A stretch of DNA of 15,707 nt, from assembly GCA_040905425.1 (NCBI GenBank), contig JBBDRO010000017.1, positions 20,524 to 36,230 of the forward strand, in the 5' to 3' direction. Shown here piece after piece: positions 1-8,048 of the stretch; position 1 is the stretch's first letter; the number at the start of each line of letters is the position of its first letter. The translations under genes and the position numbers were made by a program. The stretch comes from Gemmatimonadota bacterium. Lineage in GTDB: Bacteria > Gemmatimonadota > Gemmatimonadetes > Longimicrobiales > RSA9. A model generated the notes under the pieces. It searched no databases. It had not been told where the DNA came from and saw only the letters and a list, made by a program, of their open reading frames with translations.

Positions 1-2
1 TG

Positions 3-644
3 TTCGGCGAGCCCGCGAGCTACGGGTTCGGCTGGTTCGTGGCCCGCTACGCCGGCCGGACGCTGCTCACGCACGGCGGTGGGATCGAGGGCTACTCGGC
101 CAACCTGTACCATTTCCCGGAGGAGCAGCTTACGATCGTGGTGCTGGCCAACGTAAAGGGCCGCGACGACGGCGTGGCTCCGGTCGATCCGCTCGCCCGG
201 CGTATCGCCGACGCGTGCCTTGCCCGGGACGCCTGTCGTGTCGATCCGGAGCACGCGCGGCTCCGGCGCGAGATCTCCACCGCGAACCGGGCCTTCTCAG
301 CCGCCTACCTGGTGGGCGACACTGCCGCGATCCGCGCGCTGTATGCGTCCGAGGCGCTGGCGCTCATGGGCGGCGCCCGCACCGTGATCGGCGCGCGGCC
401 GGTGGCCCGGCTGTTCGAGCCACCGACCCGCAACCGTCGCATCGCCCACGCGCTCTATACCGAGCGGCTCGTGGACCATGGCGGCGCGGTGGTCGAGGTC
501 GGTACATGGTTCGATCAATGGCAGAACCTGGCCACGGGCGAGACGGGCGCGGCGACGGGCAGGTATACGCTCACGTGGGTGACCGATGACGGGGGTCGGC
601 GGCGGATCGCGGTGGATGCGTGGGTGCCGGCGGACGACTCTTGA
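3..644 (+). CDS. Serine hydrolase (beta-lactamase/class C-like) C-terminal part fused to an NTF2/DUF4440-like domain; 5' partial
   Basis: The frame is open from nt 3 (FGEPASYGFGWFV...THGGGIEGYSANLYHFPEEQLTIVVLAN), the typical YGxGW / HxGxxxG end of beta-lactamase-related hydrolases. It is followed by ANRAFSAAYLVGDTAAIRALY...EVGTW...GRYTLTW, a SnoaL/DUF4440-type pattern. Confidence 0.8.
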   Translation, partial: FGEPASYGFGWFVARYAGRTLLTHGGGIEGYSANLYHFPEEQLTIVVLANVKGRDDGVAPVDPLARRIADACLARDACRVDPEHARLRREISTANRAFSAAYLVGDTAAIRALYASEALALMGGARTVIGARPVARLFEPPTRNRRIAHALYTERLVDHGGAVVEVGTWFDQWQNLATGETGAATGRYTLTWVTDDGGRRRIAVDAWVPADDS

Positions 645-675
645 GTTTCGGGCGGGGTTGCCGCCAGCTTGAGGC

Positions 676-1605
676 ATGGCAACGCTGACCCGGACCCCTC
701 AGGGGACCCGCGCCTGCCCGAACTGCGGCGCGCTCGCTCCCCATGATTACTGCCCCCGCTGCGGTCAGGAGCAGTCCGAGGAAGCGGTACCCGCCATCAG
801 CCAGTGGATCCGTGAGGCGCTGGACGAGTTGCTCCTGGTGGAGGCGCGGCTGCCGCGCACGCTGAAGAGGCTCTTCTGGCCGCCGGGCGAGCTGTGGGCG
901 GAGTGGCGCCGTGGCCGCCGTGCCTCGTACGTCAGCCCGCTCAGGACCTACCTCCTGGCGGCGATCCCTTTCTTCCTCCTGGTGTCGACGGTGGAGTATC
1001 AACCGGTCGGAGGCAACCTGTTCCACATCATCGTGGAGGGGGTGTACTACGGCGCTGCGCCGGAGCGTATCCGCGTCGAGGTCCCTGATGTCCCGGTGAT
1101 GGCTCCGCTCCCCGATTCGGTGCGGAATGACAGCGTCCAGGTCGCGTCCTGGCGCGCGGAGTTCGAGCGCCGGCGCGCGCTGCGCCAATCGTATCGGGAA
1201 GCGTTGCAGCGTCGCCTGGCCGAAGGCGCCCGCCGGGTTGCGGAGCTGTTGCCGGTCCTGGTGGGCGTGATCATGGTCCCATGGCTCGCCCTGCTGCTGG
1301 GTTTCGACCCGCGCCGCAACGAGCGCTTCGCCTCGAGGCTCGTCGGCTCGCTCCACATTCACGCGGTGGGCTACGTGTTCGCGATGCTGGCCTGGCCGCT
1401 CGGGTTTGCTGTTCCGGCGGGGCTGCTGGCCGCGACGATCTATCTCGGGCTCGCCACCTATCGCGTCGGCCCCGATGCCGCGGCGGGTGCGGTGGTCCGC
1501 GTAGTGATAACCCCGGTTTCCTACGTGGTCTGCTTCCTGGCCACGTACGTGGGCCTGGTCTACGCGCTGATGCGTTTCGCGCCAGGGTGGGTGTTCAATG
1601 TCTGA
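676..1605 (+). CDS. DUF3667 domain-containing membrane protein (N-terminal zinc ribbon)
   Basis: CPNCG...YCPRCGQ zinc ribbon, RTLKRLFWPPGEL...GRRASYVSPLRTYL motif, several C-terminal hydrophobic helices; GAGG just upstream of the ATG. Confidence 0.85.
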   Translation: MATLTRTPQGTRACPNCGALAPHDYCPRCGQEQSEEAVPAISQWIREALDELLLVEARLPRTLKRLFWPPGELWAEWRRGRRASYVSPLRTYLLAAIPFFLLVSTVEYQPVGGNLFHIIVEGVYYGAAPERIRVEVPDVPVMAPLPDSVRNDSVQVASWRAEFERRRALRQSYREALQRRLAEGARRVAELLPVLVGVIMVPWLALLLGFDPRRNERFASRLVGSLHIHAVGYVFAMLAWPLGFAVPAGLLAATIYLGLATYRVGPDAAAGAVVRVVITPVSYVVCFLATYVGLVYALMRFAPGWVFNV

Positions 1606-1683
1606 CAAGTAGCCCATTGGCCGGGCCTCGCACCGCGCGCGGGGTATGCTGGTGAGCCTGCGCCGCGAGCAGTGGCACGGGCG

Positions 1684-2676
1684 TCAGTCCCTGCGGAAGT
1701 GCAGCCGGATCTCACGGAGTACGTCGTCCGGCCTCTCGATGAACGGGAAATGCCCGGCGTTGTCGAGCACCACCAGCCTTACATTGGGCAGTGCGCTCGC
1801 GAGGGCCTCACCGCCGATGCGCGCGCCGACCTCGTCGGCTCCGTATATGATGAGCGTCGGTACGGCAACGCGCGCGAGCGCCGCACGCACGTCGTACGTC
1901 AGCAGGTCCGGCAGCATGTAGCCGAACTGGCGGCTGCGCCGGTCGTAGTCCGGCTCGACGTGGAAACGCAGCACCGCGGCGAGCGCGGGATCATGAAACT
2001 GCGAACGGAACGAGTGCCGCAGCACCGCCTCGACGGCGGCCGGCTCGCGCGCGACGAAGGCGGACGTAGTGCGCAGAGCGCCGGCACCCGCGGTATCGGT
2101 CGGCGTCAGCAACGCCGCCTGTGCGGCCTGCTCCTCCTGCCACTGTGCTGATGACGGCGGCATCGGGCTGATCAGCACCATGCTGCGCAGCCGCTCCGGG
2201 TGGGTGGCCGCGTACTTCATTGCGAGCAGCCCGCCCCACGAGTGCGCGATCAGGTGCACGCGCTCCGCGTCGGCCGCCGCACGCAGCGCCTCGATGTCCT
2301 CGACGAACGTGTGGAGCCGGACTGACGCGCTGTCCACCGCGCCCGCCGATCGGCCGCTCAGTCGCTGGTCGTAGAAGATCAGTTCCAGCTGGTCGCCGAG
2401 CGCGGCAAGGTGTGGCCGCAGGTAGCCGTGATCGAGGATCGGGCCGCCGTGCACGACGATCGCCGGCTCGCCCCTGCCCTCGCGGTGCACGAACAGACGC
2501 GTGCCGTTGATGGCCACGAGTCCATCATTGCCGGCCATCAGTCCGCCGCCCGGCGACCCGGCTGCGGCCACGTTGCCTGACTCCGTTCGCGGCGTGCTCA
2601 CGCCCGCGCAGCCGGCCAGTGCACCGGCCAGCACTGCCATGAACAATGCTGCGCCCGGCAAGGGAGATCGCGTCAC
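1684..2676 (-). CDS. Alpha/beta hydrolase, proline iminopeptidase-like, probable lipoprotein
   Basis: HGGP oxyanion motif, YDQR, AHSWGG nucleophile elbow, C-terminal AGHFPF His. The start is placed at GTG 2676 because it overlaps the tfoX stop (GTGA) and has GGAG upstream. That start gives a signal peptide ending in lipobox LAGC (Cys23). Confidence 0.85.
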   Translation of the reverse strand: MTRSPLPGAALFMAVLAGALAGCAGVSTPRTESGNVAAAGSPGGGLMAGNDGLVAINGTRLFVHREGRGEPAIVVHGGPILDHGYLRPHLAALGDQLELIFYDQRLSGRSAGAVDSASVRLHTFVEDIEALRAAADAERVHLIAHSWGGLLAMKYAATHPERLRSMVLISPMPPSSAQWQEEQAAQAALLTPTDTAGAGALRTTSAFVAREPAAVEAVLRHSFRSQFHDPALAAVLRFHVEPDYDRRSRQFGYMLPDLLTYDVRAALARVAVPTLIIYGADEVGARIGGEALASALPNVRLVVLDNAGHFPFIERPDDVLREIRLHFRRD

Positions 2677-3008
2677 CGCCGGCTCCGACGCGCGGACGTT
2701 GCCACCGACAACGATTGCGGAATCCACACGCGCAATTCGTCGATATCCTCGAGCAGGTCCGCCGGAAGCTCATAGTACTGCATCGTGCGGTCGTCATCGT
2801 ACGGCCGGAACGCGGCCATGCCCGCGCTCTCGAAATCCCCGCGGTTCGTGTCGTCGACCTTCAGGTAGAGCGCGTCGTCGGCGATCAGGGCGAAGAACAG
2901 GCCGTCCGAGTAGATACCGACGCCGCCGAACATGCTGCGCGACGTGACCGGCACAGCCCGGCCGAGCTGCTCCAGCACGAACGCACGGTACTCCGCGGAT
3001 ACGGGGAT
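2673..3008 (-). CDS. TfoX/Sxy N-terminal domain protein
   Basis: RSMFGGVGIY...FFALIADDALYLKVDD...F...M.YYELP motif. The family-like N-terminus (PVSAEYRAFVLEQL) extends to an ATC codon at 3008 behind AGGAGG; the first canonical start is GTG 2978. Confidence 0.88.
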   Translation of the reverse strand: MPVSAEYRAFVLEQLGRAVPVTSRSMFGGVGIYSDGLFFALIADDALYLKVDDTNRGDFESAGMAAFRPYDDDRTMQYYELPADLLEDIDELRVWIPQSLSVATSARRSRR

Positions 3009-3241
3009 GCCGCCCCTCCTGGTGATGTGCAGGACGCCGGTGGAATCCTACGTTCCCGGGATCCTGACAGGACCCGGCGTCGGCGCTCCTCCATGATCGA
3101 GACCGGGCCCGCGCCGCGCAATGCCCCGGCTCGATGCGCCATGGCGCAAAGCGTCCGACCGCGGGTTGGAACTACCGGCGACCGGCGGGAGTAGCTATGC
3201 CACGCACACGCCGGTCCCCCGACCTCTTTCGGAGACTCTCG

Positions 3242-3625
3242 ATGACGAGCACGATCCGGCCGCTCTGCGCGGCCCTGCTGTTTCTGTTGGCGGGCCTTGC
3301 CCTCCCCGCCCATTCCCAGGAGGCCCGCACCTCCCACCAGCAGGTCATCTCCGCCAACCCGTTCGGCCTCCTGCTGGAGTTCTTCAACGCGGAGTACGAG
3401 CGAGGGGTGAGCAGGACCGGTACCATGGGGGTGGGAGGATCCTTCGCCTCCTATGAAGACGAGCTGACGGACCGCGACGAACGCTACTTCAACGTGGACG
3501 CTTTCTATCGCTACTACCCCCAGGGCACCGTCTTTTCGGGGTGGAACTTCGGCGTCAAGCTGGGCGAGGGGGAGATCGACGTGATCCCCACGATCCGTCT
3601 GGTGAACGTGGGCTTCAAGTTCTGA
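3242..3625 (+). CDS. Small outer-membrane beta-barrel protein (DUF3575-like), apparently internally shortened
   Basis: GGAG before ATG 3242, signal peptide (ending AHS-QE), ISANPFGLL...NAEYER...YRYYP motif, amphipathic strands and C-terminal VGFKF beta-signal; only 127 aa. Confidence 0.65.
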   Translation: MTSTIRPLCAALLFLLAGLALPAHSQEARTSHQQVISANPFGLLLEFFNAEYERGVSRTGTMGVGGSFASYEDELTDRDERYFNVDAFYRYYPQGTVFSGWNFGVKLGEGEIDVIPTIRLVNVGFKF

Positions 3626-3639
3626 GCGCCCCCCCGCGG

Positions 3640-4956
3640 CTACATCATGATCATCACGCCGCCGCCGCTGCTGCCGAAGCGCGGGTTCACCACGTTGTTG
3701 AAGATGGAGCCGAAGCGGTAGCTCACGCCGAAGAACATGTGGTAGTTGTACCCGGTGGCCAGCTGGCGCTGACGGAGCAGGATCTCCTCCTCGGTGAGGT
3801 TGCGCGCGGGCAGGGATAGCTGATCCCGGACCCGCGTGTAGCTGCCGTTCACGTTGAAGGAGAAGCCGCGGAACAGGCGCACGCTGGTGCCGCCCCCGAT
3901 GCCCGCGCTGTACTTCTGGGTGTCGTGAAGGTACTGGGAAGCGTTCAGGGAAATATTGGCGCTGCCCCACGGCTGGCGTGTGCTGTAGGCAAAGATCAGG
4001 TCGTGCAGCGGACGCGTCTCCTCCTCCTGCCCGTAGAGCGTGACCTCCCGGTAGTCGGCGTAGGCCGGCCCCGCGGCGTAGCGCAGGATGAGGCTCCGGC
4101 GCGTGTCCTCGGCGTAGGGGAAGAAGTTGTACTCGACGGCGGGCATGAGCGAGAGCTGCAACTCCGTGTTGCCGTAGGTGGACATGCTGGCCACCGCCCG
4201 CCCGCCGATCGAGAACTGCGGCCCCACGCTCTTCACGATCAGCGTGTTCGCGCTGTAGCTCCGGCGGATGGAGAGGGTCTCGATCTGCTCGCCGTTGATC
4301 TCGTACTGGAACTGCGATTCGGAGTAGCTACCGCTCAGCCGCGAGCTCACCTTCCAGTCCTCGGTGGTGCGGTTCGCGGACAGGCTCGTGGAGAAGCTGC
4401 CGGAGGACTGCTTTGACTCGCCGAAGGTGCTGCCGTTCAGCGAGACCGAGAACGTCCAGAAATTCCAGGGATCGTTCTGCGGTGTGGGCGCTGTGGGCGC
4501 GGCGCCCGCCTCCCCGGCCGCCGCGGCGGGTGGCGTATGGGTCACGTCCAGCTCCGCCGCCATGTCCGTGCCGGCCACGAAGGGCACCAGCCCGAGCTTG
4601 ATCGTGCGTGTCAGGCCCCGCCGCCGGGTGTCCGGCGTGTCCTCGGAGGTGGCCACGTAGCTGAGGGTGTCGGTGCGGCCCTCGAAATCACGCAGGCCGA
4701 TGAATTCCAGCGTGAAGGCCAGGCCGCCCCCGCCGGTGCCCTGCTGGGTGGTGAGCACGTGCACGTCCGCGTCCGCGCGGTCCCGCATGTAGTCCACCCA
4801 CGTCAGCTCCGTGCGCAGGAAGTCACTGTCGCAGTACGCGCAGTCCACGTAGACGCGGAGGCGCTCCGCATCGGTCTGGGCGGCGAGCGGCGCGGCGGCG
4901 GCGCCGGCCAGCGGGAGGCACAACATGCCGAGCAGGGCGGTTGGGAAGCGCATCAT
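3640..4956 (-). CDS. Exported protein: N-terminal CxxC domain plus predicted outer-membrane beta-barrel; function unknown
   Basis: GAGGA before ATG-ATG (4956/4953), signal peptide ending LAA-QT, VYVDCAYCD...YMRDRADADVHVL domain, Pro/Ala linker, DPWNFWTF followed by many alternating-polarity strands ending GVSYRFGSIFNNVVNPRF. Confidence 0.75.
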   Translation of the reverse strand: MMRFPTALLGMLCLPLAGAAAAPLAAQTDAERLRVYVDCAYCDSDFLRTELTWVDYMRDRADADVHVLTTQQGTGGGGLAFTLEFIGLRDFEGRTDTLSYVATSEDTPDTRRRGLTRTIKLGLVPFVAGTDMAAELDVTHTPPAAAAGEAGAAPTAPTPQNDPWNFWTFSVSLNGSTFGESKQSSGSFSTSLSANRTTEDWKVSSRLSGSYSESQFQYEINGEQIETLSIRRSYSANTLIVKSVGPQFSIGGRAVASMSTYGNTELQLSLMPAVEYNFFPYAEDTRRSLILRYAAGPAYADYREVTLYGQEEETRPLHDLIFAYSTRQPWGSANISLNASQYLHDTQKYSAGIGGGTSVRLFRGFSFNVNGSYTRVRDQLSLPARNLTEEEILLRQRQLATGYNYHMFFGVSYRFGSIFNNVVNPRFGSSGGGVMIMM

Positions 4957-5232
4957 GGCTTTCCTCGATGGGGTGGTTGGGGGGCGGACGCACTTTGGAC
5001 GCCGCTGGCGGGTCATGCGTTGCCCGGAGGCGCGCGGATGGCCGTCCAGAAAAGGCGGTGACACAGGACCATCGGCCCAAACTAGCCGGGTAGTACATCA
5101 CGCCGCTCATTTTCGTTCCCCCACCCGGATGGCGGCCCGCCAGCTTGCTCTACCGTGCCGGTGCCGTCCATGCCCGCGCCCACAGGAGGCCCGGCCCCGG
5201 GGCGTTGTAGCTGCCCCCCGGGAAGGCTATCG

Positions 5233-5261
5233 TTGATCTCCGTTAATGATGGTGGTATCGT
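5233..5261 (+). promoter_or_regulatory. Putative sigma70 promoter of the DUF1847-HMGS-thiolase-DUF35 operon
   Basis: TTGATC (5233-5238), 17-nt spacer, TG-n extension, then TATCGT (5256-5261), in an AT-enriched patch 30-50 nt before the first start codon. Confidence 0.5.
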
Positions 5262-5311
5262 AGGGGAGAATCCGTCCGCGGGAGGAGGGGATGGGGGACG
5301 CAGGGTCGAGC

Positions 5312-5782
5312 ATGACCGTGCCAGGGTGCGGCCGCTGTGAGCGCTACGCCTGCCGGGCGGGGCGCGCCGAGGCGGCGCCTGATGATTGCCCCATGTGGGG
5401 GCCGTTTCCCGCCTTCGATACGCTCTATCAGGACCGCGCCCTGCGCCAGCTTGCCTACCAGGCCACGCTGGTGGAGGGTGAAGGCTACGGGCGCTGGACA
5501 CGCCTCGACGAGGTGGTCGAGCTGGCGGCCCGCCTGGGCGTCTCCCACGTGGGCATCGGCTACTGCCCGGACATGTGGCGCGAGGCCACGCTGCGGCGGC
5601 TGCGCACACCGGCGGTCTTCGTGGTGGCCAAGGACCGGGTGCTTGCCCACAACTCCGCGGCCGCGCTCTACGCCACCGAGGACCACGCATACCAGCCGCC
5701 CGCGCGCACCGTACCCTTCGCGAGCCCAATCCACGCCGCCGGCCGCAGCCCCTCCGGCGGGTCCGCATACCACGGGAGGTAA
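5312..5782 (+). CDS. DUF1847-like Cys-rich putative metal-binding protein lacking the central segment (possible pseudogene)
   Basis: CGRC..YAC...CP N-terminus, VEGEGYGRWTRLDEVVELAARLG...GIGYC and C-terminal VVAKDRVLAHN.AAALY match DUF1847 blocks as I recall them. Alternative start 5291. The stop is 1 nt before the HMGS start. Confidence 0.7.
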   Translation: MTVPGCGRCERYACRAGRAEAAPDDCPMWGPFPAFDTLYQDRALRQLAYQATLVEGEGYGRWTRLDEVVELAARLGVSHVGIGYCPDMWREATLRRLRTPAVFVVAKDRVLAHNSAAALYATEDHAYQPPARTVPFASPIHAAGRSPSGGSAYHGR

Positions 5783-5783
5783 C

Positions 5784-6830
5784 ATGGCAGGCATCGTTGG
5801 CTACGGCGCCTACATTCCGCGCAACCGCATCACCGCGGATGAGATCGCCCGCCAGTGGGGCAAGGATCCCGACAGCATCCGGGGCGGGCTCCTGCTCCAG
5901 GAGAAATCCGTGCCGGGGCTGGACGAGGATACCATCACCATTTCCGTGGCGGCGGGGCTGCACGCCCTGGAGCGCGCGGGCTTGGACCCGCAGCGGGTGG
6001 GGGCCCTCTACATCGGCTCCGAGTCCCACCCCTACGCCGTGAAGCCCAGCGGCACCGTGGTGGCGGAGGCGCTGGACATCGGCCCGGAGGTGCACGTGGC
6101 GGACTTCGAGTTCGCCTGCAAGGCGGGCACGGAGGCCATGTTCGTGGCGCTGGGGCTGGTGGAGTCCGGGCGGATGGAGTACGCCATGGCCATCGGCGCC
6201 GACACCTCGCAGGGGGCGCCGGGGGACGCCCTGGAGTTCTCCGCGTCCGCCGGCGGGACGGCCTACATCTTCGGCCGCGAGGAGCTCATGGCCGAGGTGG
6301 TGGACGCGGTCAGCTATACCACGGACACGCCTGATTTCTGGCGTCGGGAAGGCGCCTTCTATCCGCGCCACGGCGGTCGCTTCACCGGGGAGCCCGCCTA
6401 CTTCCAGCACGTGCTCAGCGCCAGCCGGCTCATCCTGGAGCGGACGGGGCTCAAGGCGGCCGATTTCCGCTACGCCGTGTTCCACATGCCCAACGGCAAG
6501 TTCCCCCTGTCGGCGGGGAAGCAACTGGGCTTCACCCGCGAGCAGCTGGAGCCCGGGTGGATCGTGCCCACCATGGGCAACACCTATTCGGGTAGCTCGC
6601 CCACCGGGCTGGCGGCCACGCTGGACGTGGTGGAGGCGGACCAGCTCGTCCTCATCACCTCCTTCGGCTCGGGCGCCGCCAGCGACTCGTTCGTTCTGCG
6701 CACCACGGAGCTGCTGGTGGAGCGGCGCGGCCGCGCACCCGGCGTGCGCGCGATGCTGGACGGGCCTCGTCGCTACCTGACTTATGGAGAGTATGTGAAG
6801 GTGCGCGAGAAGATCCGCATGAACGACTGA
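5784..6830 (+). CDS. Hydroxymethylglutaryl-CoA synthase, archaeal type
   Basis: GGAGGT SD then ATG 5784, 348 aa. GIVGYGAYIP start, EKSVPGLDEDT, GSESHPYAVKP (Glu80), EFACKAGT (Cys112), DTPDFWRR, RFTGEPAYF, FHMPN (His234), GNTYSG, SFGSGA. Confidence 0.93.
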   Translation: MAGIVGYGAYIPRNRITADEIARQWGKDPDSIRGGLLLQEKSVPGLDEDTITISVAAGLHALERAGLDPQRVGALYIGSESHPYAVKPSGTVVAEALDIGPEVHVADFEFACKAGTEAMFVALGLVESGRMEYAMAIGADTSQGAPGDALEFSASAGGTAYIFGREELMAEVVDAVSYTTDTPDFWRREGAFYPRHGGRFTGEPAYFQHVLSASRLILERTGLKAADFRYAVFHMPNGKFPLSAGKQLGFTREQLEPGWIVPTMGNTYSGSSPTGLAATLDVVEADQLVLITSFGSGAASDSFVLRTTELLVERRGRAPGVRAMLDGPRRYLTYGEYVKVREKIRMND

Positions 6831-6897
6831 CCGGCGCGGCCGGCCCACGACAAGCGCGCCGCAGCCCGCGGCGCGCCGGAGCGGACAAGGAGGCGAT

Positions 6898-8046
6898 ATG
6901 CGGGACGTGGCCATGGTGGGGGCGGGGATGACGCACTTCGGGGAGCTCTGGAACCTGAGTCTGCGGGAGCTCTTCGCGGAGGCGGCGCTGGCCGCGCTGG
7001 AGAGCGCGGGCGCCGATCACCTGGACGGCCTCTGGGTGGGCAACATGTCGGCGGGGCAGTTCGTGGGGCAGGAGCACATCGGCCCCATGCTGGTGGAGCA
7101 GCTGGGCATGAGCGGTGTGCCCGCCACCCGCGTGGAGTCGGCGTGCGCCTCCGGCGGCATGGCGCTGCGGGCGGCGTGGCTGGAGGTGGCCTCGGGGCAG
7201 AGTGAGATCGTCATGGCCGCCGGCGTGGAGAAGATGAATGACGGCGCGGACGTGACCGCCGTGCTGGCCTCCGCCGCGGACCAGGAGGCGGAGGTCTACC
7301 ATGGCATCACCTTCCCCGGCCTCTATGCCATGATTGCTCGGGCACACATGGCGGCGCACGGCACCACGGAGGAGGACATGGCGTGGGTGGCGGTGAAGAA
7401 CCACCGGCACGGCGCGCTGAATCCCCACGCCCAGTTCCGCCGGGAGATCACGGTGGAGGACGTCCTCGGCTCGAGCCTTGTGGCCGAGCCGCTGCGCCTG
7501 CTCAACTGTTCTCCGGTAAGCGACGGCGCCGCCGCCGTGCTCCTCGTGCCGCTGACGCGGGCCCACGAATTCACCGATCGTCCGGTGCGCATTCTGGGCA
7601 GCGGGGCGGCCACCGCCGCCATGGCGCTTGCGGACCGGGCGGATCCGGCCACGCTCGACGCCGTGATGACTTCGGCCTCGCGCGCCTACCGCATGGCCGG
7701 CATCCAACCCGCGCAGATCGACGTGGCGGAGGTGCACGACTGCTTTTCCATTGCCGAGATCTGCTGCACGGGCGCCATGGGCCTCACGGACGGCTGCAAC
7801 CCGGCCCATGCGGCGCGCAGCGGTTTCACGGCGCTGGGGGGACGCCGGCCGGTGAACACCAGCGGCGGCCTCAAGGCCAAGGGGCACCCGGTGGGCGCCA
7901 CGGGGGTGGCCCAGGCCATCGAGATCTTCGAACAGCTGCGGGGCGAGGCCGGCGATCGCCAGGTGCCCGACGCCCACATCGGCGCCACCCAGAACATGGG
8001 CGGCTCCGGTGCCAGCTCCGTGGTCCACGTCTTCGCGAGGGGGTGA
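6898..8046 (+). CDS. Acetyl-CoA acetyltransferase (thiolase), archaeal/SCP2-type
   Basis: AGGAGG SD; VESACASGG (Cys83), GVEKM, CSPVSDGAAA, EVHDCF, NTSGGLKAKGHPVGATG, NMGGSG. Confidence 0.93.
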   Translation: MRDVAMVGAGMTHFGELWNLSLRELFAEAALAALESAGADHLDGLWVGNMSAGQFVGQEHIGPMLVEQLGMSGVPATRVESACASGGMALRAAWLEVASGQSEIVMAAGVEKMNDGADVTAVLASAADQEAEVYHGITFPGLYAMIARAHMAAHGTTEEDMAWVAVKNHRHGALNPHAQFRREITVEDVLGSSLVAEPLRLLNCSPVSDGAAAVLLVPLTRAHEFTDRPVRILGSGAATAAMALADRADPATLDAVMTSASRAYRMAGIQPAQIDVAEVHDCFSIAEICCTGAMGLTDGCNPAHAARSGFTALGGRRPVNTSGGLKAKGHPVGATGVAQAIEIFEQLRGEAGDRQVPDAHIGATQNMGGSGASSVVHVFARG

Positions 8047-8048
8047 GC

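Noticed and set aside
5143..5166. Sigma54 promoter-like CGGCACG...GC on the minus strand
   Set aside because: The GG-GC spacing is 9 nt rather than the required 10.
5337..5783. 149-aa N-terminal extension of HMGS in the ORF track
   Set aside because: It overlaps the DUF1847-like gene in another frame; the SD and family N-terminus place the start at 5784.
6854..6876. 9-bp GC hairpin between HMGS and thiolase as a terminator
   Set aside because: No U-tract, and it sits inside an apparent operon; at most an mRNA stability element.
7383..8048. Long N-terminal extension of DUF35 in the ORF track
   Set aside because: It overlaps the thiolase out of frame; the real start is ATG 8049.
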